Assembly: GCA_046723845.1 (NCBI GenBank)
Contig: JBKOVG010000056.1
Span: 1 to 61,467, forward strand
DNA: 61,467 bases
Reading direction: 5' to 3'
From: Candidatus Methylomirabilota bacterium
GTDB lineage: Bacteria; Methylomirabilota; Methylomirabilia; Rokubacteriales; CSP1-6
The notes beneath the pieces are model-generated. The model did not search any database. It worked only from the letters and a program-made list of their open reading frames with translations, and was not told the DNA's origin. Positions 1 through 9,298 of the stretch are shown here, piece after piece. Position 1 is the stretch's first letter, and every line of letters starts with the position of its first letter. The translations under genes and the position numbers were made by a program.

Positions 1-1
1 C

Positions 2-430
2 GGCGGCAGTCTCACGGAGCTCGGTCGGCTCACGGCAGGCATGCACGAGGCCCTGCCCGGCTTCGAGGTCAAGCAGATCAACTACAGTGAGATGGATCCC
101 GGCGTCATCAAGGCGTTCCACCTCCATCGGCACCAGGCCGACGTGTGGTTCATACCGCCAGGCGACAAGATGCTGCTCGTTCTCGTCGACGTCCGGGCGG
201 GCTCGCCTACCGAGAAGGTAATCCGCCGCCTCCCCATGGGAGACGGCGCCTCGCGTCTGGTCCGCATTCCCCCCGGCGTGGCCCATGGCATCAAGAACAT
301 CGGCGCCGCGCGCGGCCGCATCATCTACTTCGTGGACGTACAATTTCAGGCGGCTCCCGCCGAGTGCGACGAGGGCCGGCTACCCTGGGACTTCGTCGGC
401 GCGGACATCTGGGACGTCGTCAAAGGATAA
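2..430 (+). CDS. RmlC-like cupin (dTDP-4-dehydrorhamnose 3,5-epimerase family); 5' end lies outside the window
   Basis: The reading frame is open to the window edge (GGSLTELGRLTAG precedes the listed Met at 41). The cupin core 'GVIKAFHLHRHQADVWFIPPG...IPPGVAHGIKN' is present. It sits directly upstream of rfbB. Confidence 0.6.
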   Translation, partial: GGSLTELGRLTAGMHEALPGFEVKQINYSEMDPGVIKAFHLHRHQADVWFIPPGDKMLLVLVDVRAGSPTEKVIRRLPMGDGASRLVRIPPGVAHGIKNIGAARGRIIYFVDVQFQAAPAECDEGRLPWDFVGADIWDVVKG

Positions 431-436
431 TCCCTC

Positions 437-1435
437 GTGAAGATACTCGTGACGGGCGGCGCCGGCTTCATCGGCTCGAACTTCGTGCGGCACGTCCTGG
501 GGAGCCATCCCGGAGACGCCGTGGTCAATCTGGACAAGCTCACCTACGCGGGCAACCTGGAGAACCTCCGCGACTTGGAGAAGGACCCGCGTTACCGCTT
601 CGTCCGCGGTGACATCTGCGACGGCGCGCTGGTGCGCGATCTCATGGATGGGGCGGATGCGGTGGTGCACTTCGCCGCGGAGACGCACGTGGACCGCTCG
701 AACGCGGCGGCCGACGAGTTCCTCCGCACGAACGCCAACGGCACGTTCACTCTCCTCGAGGCGGCGCGCGAGCGGAAGGTCCAGCGCTTCGTGGCCATCG
801 GCACCGACGAGGTCTATGGCAGCATCGCCAAGGGCGCCGCGCGGGAAGTGGATGCGCTCAACCCGTCCAATCCCTACTCCGCCTCCAAGGCCGCCGCCGA
901 CCTCCTCGCCCGCGCCTACTGGACGACGCATCGGCTGCCCGTGCTCATCACCCGGAGCAGCAACAATTTCGGGCCCTATCAGTACCCGGAGAAGGTCATC
1001 CCGCTTTTCATCACCAACGCCCTCGAGGCCAAGCCGCTGCCCCTGTACGGCGACGGCAAGAACGTCCGCGACTGGCTCTACGTGCTCGACAACTGCGCGG
1101 CCATCGACCTGGTCCTCCGCAAGGGCAAGGACGGCGAGATCTACAACATCGGTGGCGGCCACGAGGTGGAGAACGTGGTGCTCACGCGCCAGGTGCTCCA
1201 TCTGCTGGGCAAGCCGGAGAGCCTGATCACGCCTGTGACGGACCGGCCGGGCCACGACCGGCGCTACGCCCTCGACTCCAGCAAGGTCGCCGCCCTCGGC
1301 TGGAAGCCCGCGCACTCCTTCGGCTCCGCCCTGGAGGCGACGGTGGCCTGGTACCGGGAGCACGAGTCGTGGTGGAAGCCCATCAAGTCCGGCGCCTTCC
1401 GCGCGTACTACGAGAAGCAATACTCCGCGCGCTAG
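437..1435 (+). CDS. rfbB: dTDP-glucose 4,6-dehydratase
   Basis: N-terminal Rossmann motif 'MKILVTGGAGFIGSNF', 'YSASKAAAD' (YxxxK), 'RPGHDRRYALD' and a length of 332 aa are typical of RmlB. Confidence 0.9.
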   Translation: MKILVTGGAGFIGSNFVRHVLGSHPGDAVVNLDKLTYAGNLENLRDLEKDPRYRFVRGDICDGALVRDLMDGADAVVHFAAETHVDRSNAAADEFLRTNANGTFTLLEAARERKVQRFVAIGTDEVYGSIAKGAAREVDALNPSNPYSASKAAADLLARAYWTTHRLPVLITRSSNNFGPYQYPEKVIPLFITNALEAKPLPLYGDGKNVRDWLYVLDNCAAIDLVLRKGKDGEIYNIGGGHEVENVVLTRQVLHLLGKPESLITPVTDRPGHDRRYALDSSKVAALGWKPAHSFGSALEATVAWYREHESWWKPIKSGAFRAYYEKQYSAR

Positions 1436-1437
1436 CC

Positions 1438-2451
1438 ATGCCCCGGGTTGCCACCCTCGCCGCCCTCCTGCTGTCTTTGCCCGCCTTGCTGGGGGCGGCG
1501 CCGCAGGCGAGCGCGCCGCGCATCGATCCCAAGCGCGCCTCCGCCCTGCCTACGCACATCGAGCACGTGGCACCCGCCATCATCGGGATCCGCGTCGAGG
1601 TCCCCCCTGATCGTCCCTCCGCGCTCACCCTCGGCGCCGAGCGCTGGGGCAGCGGCGTCATCTTCGACGCCGCGGGCTATGGGCTGACCGTGAGCTACCT
1701 CCTCATCGACGCCACAAGCATCGAGGTGCTGCTGCGCGACGGGACGAAGGTGGAGGCGAAGGTCGCCGGCCTCGATCTCGAGTCTGGCCTGGGGGTGATC
1801 AAGCTCGAGGGCTCGGGTCCGTGGCCGGCCGCCACGCTCGGGAGCTCGGCCGGGCTCGGCGTGGGAGACGTCACGGGCACGGTGGGGATGGATGAGGAAG
1901 GCTCGCTGGTGGCCACCCCGGGCGCCGTGACGTCGATCGGCTCCTTCGCGGCGTCCTGGGAGTACATGCTCGATCGCGCCCTCTTCGTGGCGCCCTACAA
2001 CGCAGCCTTCGGCGGCGCCGCCCTCGTCGATCAGACGGGCACCGTGGTGGGCATTACGTCGTTGCGCCTAGGCAAGGCGCCGTTCGTGAACCTGGCCATT
2101 CCGATCGAGCAGTTCCTCGGCGGCAAGGACGAGCTGATCGCCAAGGGGCGGGTGGAGAGCCGTCGGCCGCGTCCGTGGCTGGGCCTCTACACGAGGGAGA
2201 CGGACGGCGGACTCATGGTCGCCGGCGTGTCGCCCATCGGGCCCGCGCGCATGGCGGGCTTCCGTCCCGGCGACATGATTGTCCGTTTGAACGGCCAGGA
2301 GGTGTCGAGCCAGGCCGACTTCTATCGCCGCCTCTGGCTCGGCTCGCCGGGACAGGACGTGCAGCTCGTGGTCATGCGGGCCACGCGGCTCGAGTCGATC
2401 ACCGTGCGCACCGTGGATCGCTACCGCCTCTTCCTGACCAACGACCGATAG
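1438..2451 (+). CDS. Secreted HtrA/DegP-like (S1C fold) protein with C-terminal PDZ-like region; catalytic triad apparently substituted
   Basis: The ATG at 1438 follows the rfbB stop. Signal peptide 'MPRVATLAALLLSLPALLGAAPQASA' is present, with the scaffold 'GSGVIFD...' and the PDZ-like 'GLMVAGVSPIGPARMAGFRPGDMIVRLNGQEV'. See the finding on the lost His/Asp/Ser. Confidence 0.7.
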   Translation: MPRVATLAALLLSLPALLGAAPQASAPRIDPKRASALPTHIEHVAPAIIGIRVEVPPDRPSALTLGAERWGSGVIFDAAGYGLTVSYLLIDATSIEVLLRDGTKVEAKVAGLDLESGLGVIKLEGSGPWPAATLGSSAGLGVGDVTGTVGMDEEGSLVATPGAVTSIGSFAASWEYMLDRALFVAPYNAAFGGAALVDQTGTVVGITSLRLGKAPFVNLAIPIEQFLGGKDELIAKGRVESRRPRPWLGLYTRETDGGLMVAGVSPIGPARMAGFRPGDMIVRLNGQEVSSQADFYRRLWLGSPGQDVQLVVMRATRLESITVRTVDRYRLFLTNDR

Positions 2452-2461
2452 CGCGGCCCCG

Positions 2462-3865
2462 ATGCCCGGCGTCGATACCTACCAGGGCCGCGGGCTCATC
2501 GCCGATCCGATCCATCATTACATCCTCTACACGCGCCCCGACGGCGTGCCAGGTGAGGCGACGGAGCAGGACCTGCTCGACTCGCCGTGGATGCAGCGGC
2601 TCCGGCGCGTGCCCCAGCTCCAGTCGGCGCGGTGGGTCTTTCCCGCCGCCGAGCACAGTCGCTTCCAGCATTCGCTGGGCGCCATGCACCTGGCCGGGCG
2701 CTTCGCCCAGCAGCTCTACCCCTCGCTCAAGGCGGAGTTTCCCGACGCGCCCTCCGGCGCCCTGTTCGAGGAGCTCCTGCGTATGGCCGGGCTCCTCCAC
2801 GACATCGGTCACGGTCCCTTCGGCCACTTCTTCGACGACAACTTCCTCGCGGACTTCGCCCTCACCCACGAGATCCTCGGCCAGCGCATCATCCGCGAGC
2901 AGATCGGCGATCTGATCCGCGGTCTCCGGCGCAGCCCCGGCGGGCCCTTCGAGCCGGGGGAGGCGATCAATCCCGACTGGATCTGCTATCTCATGGGCAA
3001 GGACCGCACCCGCCCCGAGGCGGAGCATCCGCGCTGGCTCGCGCACCTGAAGCCGCTGCTGAGCGGCATCTACACCGCGGACAACATGGACTACGTGCTC
3101 CGCGACTCTTACATGTGCGGGGTAGCGGTGGGGCCCATCGACATCGAGCGCATCATCTACTACTCGTTCTTCAGCGAGCAGGGGCTGACGCTCGATCGGG
3201 GCGGGATCCAGGCCTTCATCATGTTCCTGAACGCACGCTACTACATGTACACCAACGTCTACTACCACCGCACCACGCGGGGCATCGACCTGCACCTCAA
3301 GGAGATCTTCCGCGACACCATCCGCCTCGTCTTCCCTCACGATCTCAACAAGGACATCGAGCCCTACCTCCACCTCACGGAGTGGACGCTCCTCGAGGAG
3401 GTGGCGCGCTGGGAGCACGCCGACGACCCGGAGCGCAAGGCCCTTGGCCAGGAGTGGCGGCACATCCTCGACCGGCGGCTCAAGTGGCGCATGTCCCACG
3501 AGGTGGTGCTCGATCTTTTCGAGCCGCGGCGCGGCTTCGGCTTCATGAAGGCGGAGGATGTGGAGCAGCGCGTGCGCGAGCTCTTGCCGCCGGCCATGCG
3601 CGACTTTCCCTTCAAGATCGACATGGCGCAGCAGGACCCACGCCCCCTCAACCCCATCGGCATGCAGGACCGCCAGATTTTCGTCTACGATCCGGCCACG
3701 CGGAAGTCGTCGCCGGAGCCACTCAAGGAGCTGCTGAAGTACCTGCCCGGCAAGGTGGCGCAGTGCCGCATCTTCGCCAAGACGCACGAGCGCGACGAGC
3801 TCCTGGCCAAGGCGCTCAACCAGGCCCTCGGCGAGGAGCGCCCCGCGCACCCGACCAACCTCTAG
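2462..3865 (+). CDS. HD-domain phosphohydrolase, dGTPase/SAMHD1-like dNTP triphosphohydrolase family
   Basis: 'HSRFQHSLGAMHLAG' and 'LLHDIGHGPFGHFFD' form the HD motif. 'DNMDYVLRDSYMCG' is typical of this family. Confidence 0.75.
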   Translation: MPGVDTYQGRGLIADPIHHYILYTRPDGVPGEATEQDLLDSPWMQRLRRVPQLQSARWVFPAAEHSRFQHSLGAMHLAGRFAQQLYPSLKAEFPDAPSGALFEELLRMAGLLHDIGHGPFGHFFDDNFLADFALTHEILGQRIIREQIGDLIRGLRRSPGGPFEPGEAINPDWICYLMGKDRTRPEAEHPRWLAHLKPLLSGIYTADNMDYVLRDSYMCGVAVGPIDIERIIYYSFFSEQGLTLDRGGIQAFIMFLNARYYMYTNVYYHRTTRGIDLHLKEIFRDTIRLVFPHDLNKDIEPYLHLTEWTLLEEVARWEHADDPERKALGQEWRHILDRRLKWRMSHEVVLDLFEPRRGFGFMKAEDVEQRVRELLPPAMRDFPFKIDMAQQDPRPLNPIGMQDRQIFVYDPATRKSSPEPLKELLKYLPGKVAQCRIFAKTHERDELLAKALNQALGEERPAHPTNL

Positions 3866-3895
3866 TCGCCGGACGGCCGGCGAAAGGATGCACCG

Positions 3896-5068
3896 ATGAG
3901 CGACTATCGCGGTGTCGACTACTACGGGATCGAGGCCCTGCTGAGCGAGGAGCAGCGGATGGTGCGGGACGCCGTCCGCGACTGGGTGGAGAAGGAGTTC
4001 GTGCCCATCGTGAGCCAGCACCATCGCGAAGGCACCTTCCCCATCGAGGTGGCCAAGCCGCTGGGGGAGATGGGGGTGTTCGGGGCAACCCTCAAGGGCT
4101 ACGGCTGCGCCGGTCTCGACCACGTCGCCTACGGGCTCATCATGCAGGAGCTGGAGCGCGGCGACTCGGGTCTCCGCTCCTTCGCCTCCGTGCAGAGCGG
4201 TCTCGTCATGTACCCGATCTACACCTACGGCTCCGAGGCGCAGAAGGAGAAGTGGTTGCCGCTCCTCCAGTCCGGGGAGGCGCTCGGCTGCTTCGGACTC
4301 ACCGAGCCCGATCACGGATCCGACCCGGGCTCCATGGCTACCCGTGCGGTCAAGAAGGGCAACGAGTACGTGCTCAACGGCACCAAGCTGTGGATCACCA
4401 ACGGCTCGGTGGCGGAGGTTGCGGTGGTGTGGGCCAAGGGCGACGACGGCGAGATCGGCGGCTACCTCGTCGAGCGCGGGACGCCGGGCTTCTCCACCCT
4501 CGACATCCACGGCAAGTTCTCCATGCGTGCCTCCATCACCTCCGAGCTCGCCTTCGCCGACTGCAAGATCCCGCTCGAGAACAAGCTGCCCAACGTGAAG
4601 GGCCTCCGCGGTCCTCTGGGCTGTCTCTCCGAGGCGCGCTATGGCATCGCGTGGGGAGCGATCGGCGCCGCCATGTCGTGCTACGACTGGGCGCTCCGCT
4701 ACTCGCAGCAGCGGATCCAGTTCGGCAAGCCCATCGGCTCCTTCCAGCTCGTGCAGCAGAAGCTCGTGTGGATGATCACGGAGATCACCAAGGCCCAGCT
4801 CCTCTGCCTCCGCCTGGGCCAGCTCAAGGACGAGGGCGCCGCGCGGCCCCAGCAGATCTCCCTGGCCAAGCGGAACAACGTGCAGATGGCGCTCGACACC
4901 GCGCGCATGGCCCGCGACATCCTGGGGGCGGCGGGCATCGTGGACGAGCACCCGATCATCCGCCACATGATGAATCTCGAGACGGTCAACACGTACGAAG
5001 GCACCCACGACATCCACACCTTGATCGTGGGCCGGGACATCACGGGCCTCGACGCCTTCGGCATGTGA
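3896..5068 (+). CDS. gcdH: Acyl-CoA dehydrogenase, glutaryl-CoA dehydrogenase-like
   Basis: 390 aa. 'GCFGLTEPDHGSDPGSM', 'KLWITNG' and the C-terminal 'YEGTHDIHTLIVGRDITG' match the GCDH-type ACAD pattern. Confidence 0.75.
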   Translation: MSDYRGVDYYGIEALLSEEQRMVRDAVRDWVEKEFVPIVSQHHREGTFPIEVAKPLGEMGVFGATLKGYGCAGLDHVAYGLIMQELERGDSGLRSFASVQSGLVMYPIYTYGSEAQKEKWLPLLQSGEALGCFGLTEPDHGSDPGSMATRAVKKGNEYVLNGTKLWITNGSVAEVAVVWAKGDDGEIGGYLVERGTPGFSTLDIHGKFSMRASITSELAFADCKIPLENKLPNVKGLRGPLGCLSEARYGIAWGAIGAAMSCYDWALRYSQQRIQFGKPIGSFQLVQQKLVWMITEITKAQLLCLRLGQLKDEGAARPQQISLAKRNNVQMALDTARMARDILGAAGIVDEHPIIRHMMNLETVNTYEGTHDIHTLIVGRDITGLDAFGM

Positions 5069-5075
5069 GCGCGTC

Positions 5076-5795
5076 GTGACGAGGGCGGCCGAGCGATCCC
5101 TCGCGGTCTTTCCCGGCGGATCGCTCGGCGAGTACGATCTGCCCGCGGAACTCGCCACCGTGCTCACCCGCGGCGAGGGCGCCACCGTCTGGGACAGCAA
5201 GGGCCGCGCCTTCACGGACTTCACCATGGGCTGGGGCTCCGTGCTGCTCGGGCACGCGCACCCCGCCGTGGTCGGGACGGCCACGAGGCAAGCCGCCCTC
5301 GGCTCCAACTTCGCGTACGTGACGGAGCCGGCCCTCGGCCTCGCCGAGGACATCGTAGCCGCGGTGGCCTGCGCAGAGCGCGTGCGCTTCTGCGCCTCGG
5401 GCACCGAGGCGACCGCGTACGCCGTGCGGCTCGCGAGGGCGTATACGGGCCGGCCGAAAATCCTGAAGTTCGAGGGCGCGTATCACGGCGCCAACGACGT
5501 GGGCACGGTGATGAAGGCGACGGGCGTGACCGCGCACGTGCAGGGCGACGGCCCGCTCGCTGCGGTGGTCTTCACCGACCGCGAGGTGGTGGACTACCGG
5601 AGCGCTCACGCCTCGAATCGGGCGCTCGCCCGCGCCTATCTCCTCGGCCTCTTCCGGCGTGGCATCTTCCTCAATCCCATGTCGACCAAGCTCTATCTCT
5701 CCCTCGCCCACACGGACGAGCACATCGCGCGCTTCCTCGACGCCGCGCGCGCCGCCCTCGACGAAGACTGCCGGCATCTGCGCGCGTCGGCCTGA
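5076..5795 (+). CDS. Class-III (GSA-aminomutase-like) aminotransferase homolog with large in-frame internal deletion; probably non-functional
   Basis: The N-terminal part 'GWGSVLLGHAHPAV...RFCASGTEATAYAVRLARAYTGRPKILKFEGAYHG' runs almost directly into the C-terminal part '...GIFLNPMSTKLYLSLAHTDEHI'. It is only 239 aa, against roughly 430 aa for the family. Confidence 0.6.
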   Translation: MTRAAERSLAVFPGGSLGEYDLPAELATVLTRGEGATVWDSKGRAFTDFTMGWGSVLLGHAHPAVVGTATRQAALGSNFAYVTEPALGLAEDIVAAVACAERVRFCASGTEATAYAVRLARAYTGRPKILKFEGAYHGANDVGTVMKATGVTAHVQGDGPLAAVVFTDREVVDYRSAHASNRALARAYLLGLFRRGIFLNPMSTKLYLSLAHTDEHIARFLDAARAALDEDCRHLRASA

Positions 5796-5844
5796 GTCCC
5801 GTCGGTGACCGCCCCGCGGTGCGCTGGTGTAGCATAGGGGGCCT

Positions 5845-7059
5845 ATGACTCCTGACCCGAGCGCTCCCGCTGTCGCCTTGCCGGCGTCCGCCGTCGCCGT
5901 TCCCGTCGATCAGTCGAGACCGAACTATCGCTTGCTGAGCCTGCTCGCCCTGGGCCACCTCGTCATCGACACCAATCAGGGCTCGCTGCCCGCGCTTTTG
6001 CCGTATCTGAAGACCGCGCTCGGGCTCACCTACACGGCCACCGGCATCATCGTGCTCATGTCGAACGTCACCTCCTCGCTCATCCAGCCGCTCTTCGGCT
6101 TCCTCGCGGACAAGACGGCGCGGCGGTGGCTCTTGCCCCTGTCCGTGGTCCTCTCCGCGGTCGGCATCGGGCTCACGGGCGTGGCGCCGTCGTACCTCAC
6201 GGTGCTCGCTCTGGTCATGGTGAGCGGCTTCGGCGTCGCCGCCTATCATCCCGAGGGCTATCGCACGGCGACCCAGGTCGCCGGAGCCAAAAAAGCCACC
6301 GGTGTCTCGATCTTCTCGACAGGAGGGAACATCGGCATCGCGCTGGGCCCGCCTCTCATCACCGCGCTCATCACCATGTTCGGCACCCCGGGCAGCCTCG
6401 GCATGGTGCTGCCCGGTCTCCTCGTGGCGGCCCTGCTCATGGCCGTGCTCCCCGGGCTGTCGCGTCCGCTGCCCGCGCGGATGGAGGGCCGGGCCTCCGC
6501 CCCGCAGACGATGGTGGGGGCCATGACCCTGCTCGTCCTCGTCATCTCCATTCGCTCGTGGACGCAGCTCGGGTTCACGACGTACATGCCCTTCTACTAT
6601 CTGGAAGTGCTCAAGGGCGATCCGCGCATGGTCGGCACGCTGCTCGCCGTGTTCCTCGGCGCGGGCGCAGCGGGGACCCTCATCGCGGGCCCGATCGCGG
6701 ACCGCATCGGGCACCGGCGCTTCATGGTCAGCGTGTTCTTCCTCTCCGCGCCGCTCGCCGTCGGCTTCCTCCTCGTGAGCGGGGTGTGGACGTTCGTGCT
6801 CTTGGGCGCGCTCGGCCTCGTGCTGGTGTCGACCTTCACCACCGCGGTGGTCCTCGGACAGGCCTACATGCCGCGCAATCTCGGCATGGCCTCCGGGCTC
6901 ATCGTGGGCTTCGCCATCGGCGCGGGCGGCGTCGGCGCCACCGCCCTCGGCTGGATCGCCGACCGCTGGGGGCTCAGCTCCGCCCTCTGGATCTCGGCGC
7001 TCATGCCCATCCTGGGCTGCGCCGTGTCCCTGACCTTGCCCGAGCCGCGCACGCGGTGA
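5845..7059 (+). CDS. MFS transporter
   Basis: 404 aa with about 12 hydrophobic segments and a typical MFS loop 'GFLADKTARRW'. Confidence 0.8.
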   Translation: MTPDPSAPAVALPASAVAVPVDQSRPNYRLLSLLALGHLVIDTNQGSLPALLPYLKTALGLTYTATGIIVLMSNVTSSLIQPLFGFLADKTARRWLLPLSVVLSAVGIGLTGVAPSYLTVLALVMVSGFGVAAYHPEGYRTATQVAGAKKATGVSIFSTGGNIGIALGPPLITALITMFGTPGSLGMVLPGLLVAALLMAVLPGLSRPLPARMEGRASAPQTMVGAMTLLVLVISIRSWTQLGFTTYMPFYYLEVLKGDPRMVGTLLAVFLGAGAAGTLIAGPIADRIGHRRFMVSVFFLSAPLAVGFLLVSGVWTFVLLGALGLVLVSTFTTAVVLGQAYMPRNLGMASGLIVGFAIGAGGVGATALGWIADRWGLSSALWISALMPILGCAVSLTLPEPRTR

Positions 7060-7072
7060 GGACGTCCGCGTC

Positions 7073-7906
7073 GTGACCGTCCTCCATCGCTTCCAGGACG
7101 GCGAGCAGGTCCTGCTCATCGATCAGCGCGGGAAGCGCCATCTCGTCTTCCTGCGCAAGGGCGAGACCTTCCACTCCGACCGCGGATGGATCCAGCACGA
7201 CGCCATCATCGGCCAGCCCGACGGCTCCTGGGTGCGAACCTCCAAGAACACACGCTGTCTCGCCCTGCGTCCTACTCTGGCCGAGTACGTCCTCGACATG
7301 CCCCGCGGGGCCCAGGTCATCTATCCCAAGGACCTCGCCATGCTGCTCTTCTGGGCGGACATCTTCCCCGGGGCGCGCGTGCTCGAGGCAGGCATGGGCT
7401 CCGGCGCGCTCACCCTGGCCCTCCTGCGCGCGGTGGGGCCGGAGGGGAAGGTCATCACCTACGAGCAGCGCGAGGACTTCGCGCGGCGCGCCCTCGCCAA
7501 CATCCAGATGCGCATGGGCGAGGTGTCGAACCTGGCCGTGCGTCTGCGGCCGGTGGAGGAAGGGCTCAGCGAGGAGGAGATGGTGGATCGCGCCGTCTTC
7601 GACCTGCCCGAGCCCTGGCATCTCGTGGATCTCGTCACCCGCGTGCTGCGCTCGGGCGGCATCTTCCTCTCCTACGTGCCCACCATCATCCAGTCACACC
7701 AGCTCTCCGAGGCCCTCCGGCAGCATCCCGGCTACTCGCTGGTGGAGACCTTCGAGACGCTGATGCGCCCGTGGAACATCGAGGGGTTGTCCGTGCGCCC
7801 CTTCCATCGCATGGTCGCGCACACCGGGTTTCTCACGGTGGCGCGCCGCGTGGTGCCGGAGGAAGGCCGCACGCAGCCGCAGGTCGAGCACCCCGAGGGT
7901 CACTGA
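7073..7906 (+). CDS. trmI: tRNA (adenine58-N1)-methyltransferase, TrmI/GCD14 family
   Basis: 'RGAQVIYPKDLAMLL', SAM motif 'VLEAGMGSGALTLALLRAVGPEGKVITYE' and 'HTGFLTVARR' are present. Confidence 0.8.
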   Translation: MTVLHRFQDGEQVLLIDQRGKRHLVFLRKGETFHSDRGWIQHDAIIGQPDGSWVRTSKNTRCLALRPTLAEYVLDMPRGAQVIYPKDLAMLLFWADIFPGARVLEAGMGSGALTLALLRAVGPEGKVITYEQREDFARRALANIQMRMGEVSNLAVRLRPVEEGLSEEEMVDRAVFDLPEPWHLVDLVTRVLRSGGIFLSYVPTIIQSHQLSEALRQHPGYSLVETFETLMRPWNIEGLSVRPFHRMVAHTGFLTVARRVVPEEGRTQPQVEHPEGH

Positions 7907-7909
7907 GGC

Positions 7910-9295
7910 GTGCTCGAGCGCTGCTTCGGTCTCGCGCGCGCGGGCGCGACCGTGGGCGGCGAGATTCGCGGCGGCCTGACCACCTTCATGGTCATGGCCT
8001 ACATCATCTTCGTGAATCCGGCCATCCTGGGCTTCGCGGGCATTCCCGCCTTGCAGGGGCAGGGGCCGCCCTTCGCGGCGACGCAGGCGAGCACCTGCCT
8101 GGTGGCGGGCGTGATGACGATCGCCATGGGTCTGGTGGCGAACTATCCGCTCGCCCTCGCCTCCGGGATGGGGCTGAACGCGGCGGTGGCGTATCAGCTC
8201 GTGGCGGGGATGAAGCTGCCGTGGCAGGCGGCCATGGGCGTGGTGCTGCTCGAGGGCGTGGTCATCACCGTGCTCGTCATCACCGGGCTGCGCGAGGCGA
8301 TCATGCGGGCCATCCCCGCCTCGCTGAAGCAGGCCATCGGCGTGGGCATCGGGCTATTCATCCTCTTCATCGGTCTCAACGCGGCCGGCATCGTCAAGCC
8401 GGGACCGCCCGGCGTGCCGGTGACGCTCGGTCCTCTCACCTCCGCTCCCGTGGCCGTCGCGCTCTTCGGTCTCCTTCTCATGCTGTGGTTCCAGTCGCGC
8501 GGCATGACAGCGGGTCTCCTCCTCGGCATCTTCGCCACCACCGTCCTCGCCATGATCGTGAACGCGTGGACAGGCGGCGGCGCGTTTCCGCTGCCCGGGC
8601 AGGCGGTGATCCCGAAGACCTTCACGGCGTGGCCGGATTTCTCGAGCCTGGGGGCAGGCTTCGATCTCTCGGTCTTCGCGCGCGTAGGGGCCATCACCGC
8701 GGTGGTGACGATCTTCTCCATCATGCTCTCGGACTTCTTCGACACCATGGGCACGGTGATCGGAGTCGGCGCGGAGGGCGGCTGGCTGACGCCGGCGGGC
8801 GATCTCCCCCGCCTGAACCGCGTGCTCATCGTGGATTCCCTCGCCGCGGCGGCGGGGGGCGCGGCGGGCGCCTCCTCCGCCACGACCTTCGTGGAGTCGT
8901 CGGCGGGCGTGGCGGCGGGGGCCCGCACCGGGCTCGCCTCGGTGGTCACCGGCCTGTGCTTCCTCCTCGCGCTGTTCTTCGCGCCGGTGGCAGGCATCGT
9001 GCCCGCGCAGGCCACCGCGCCCGCCCTCATCCTCGTGGGCTTCCTCATGACGTCGCTCGTCCGGCAGATTCCCTTCGGCGATCTCGAGGAGGGCTTCCCC
9101 GCCCTCCTCGCCGTCGCCCTGATGCCCTTCACCTACTCCATCACTGACGGCATCGGCGCGGGCTTCGTCTCCTACTGCGTGATCAAGCTCCTGCGCGGGA
9201 AGGGCGCGGAGGTACACGGTATGATGTTCGGAACCGCCGTGGCCTTCGTGATCTACTTCGCCATGCCGGCCCTGCGCAAGGTCGTCGGCGCCTAG
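7910..9295 (+). CDS. NCS2/AzgA-family purine (adenine/guanine/hypoxanthine) permease
   Basis: 'EIRGGLTTFMVMAYIIFVNP' is the AzgA hallmark. It is polytopic, 461 aa. The GTG start lies 4 nt after the trmI stop. Confidence 0.85.
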   Translation: MLERCFGLARAGATVGGEIRGGLTTFMVMAYIIFVNPAILGFAGIPALQGQGPPFAATQASTCLVAGVMTIAMGLVANYPLALASGMGLNAAVAYQLVAGMKLPWQAAMGVVLLEGVVITVLVITGLREAIMRAIPASLKQAIGVGIGLFILFIGLNAAGIVKPGPPGVPVTLGPLTSAPVAVALFGLLLMLWFQSRGMTAGLLLGIFATTVLAMIVNAWTGGGAFPLPGQAVIPKTFTAWPDFSSLGAGFDLSVFARVGAITAVVTIFSIMLSDFFDTMGTVIGVGAEGGWLTPAGDLPRLNRVLIVDSLAAAAGGAAGASSATTFVESSAGVAAGARTGLASVVTGLCFLLALFFAPVAGIVPAQATAPALILVGFLMTSLVRQIPFGDLEEGFPALLAVALMPFTYSITDGIGAGFVSYCVIKLLRGKGAEVHGMMFGTAVAFVIYFAMPALRKVVGA

Positions 9296-9298
9296 TGG

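Noticed and set aside
2462-3865. The HD-domain dNTP triphosphohydrolase considered as a nucleotide-depletion anti-phage gene.
   Set aside because: It is embedded among conserved housekeeping genes on the same strand, with no mobile or defence neighbours. Nothing in the sequence distinguishes it from the ordinary cellular dGTPase-like enzyme.
2399-5404. Very long antisense ORFs: 1001 aa at 2399-5404(-), 992 aa at 14004-16982(+), 843 aa at 18777-21308(+), 818 aa at 57777-60233(-), 653 aa at 7186-9147(+), and many others in the ORF track.
   Set aside because: They lie opposite or out of frame to genes with clear family motifs. Their translations are Arg/Ala/Gly/Pro-rich low-complexity strings with no recognisable domains. 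Stop-codon-poor alternative frames are expected in very GC-rich DNA.
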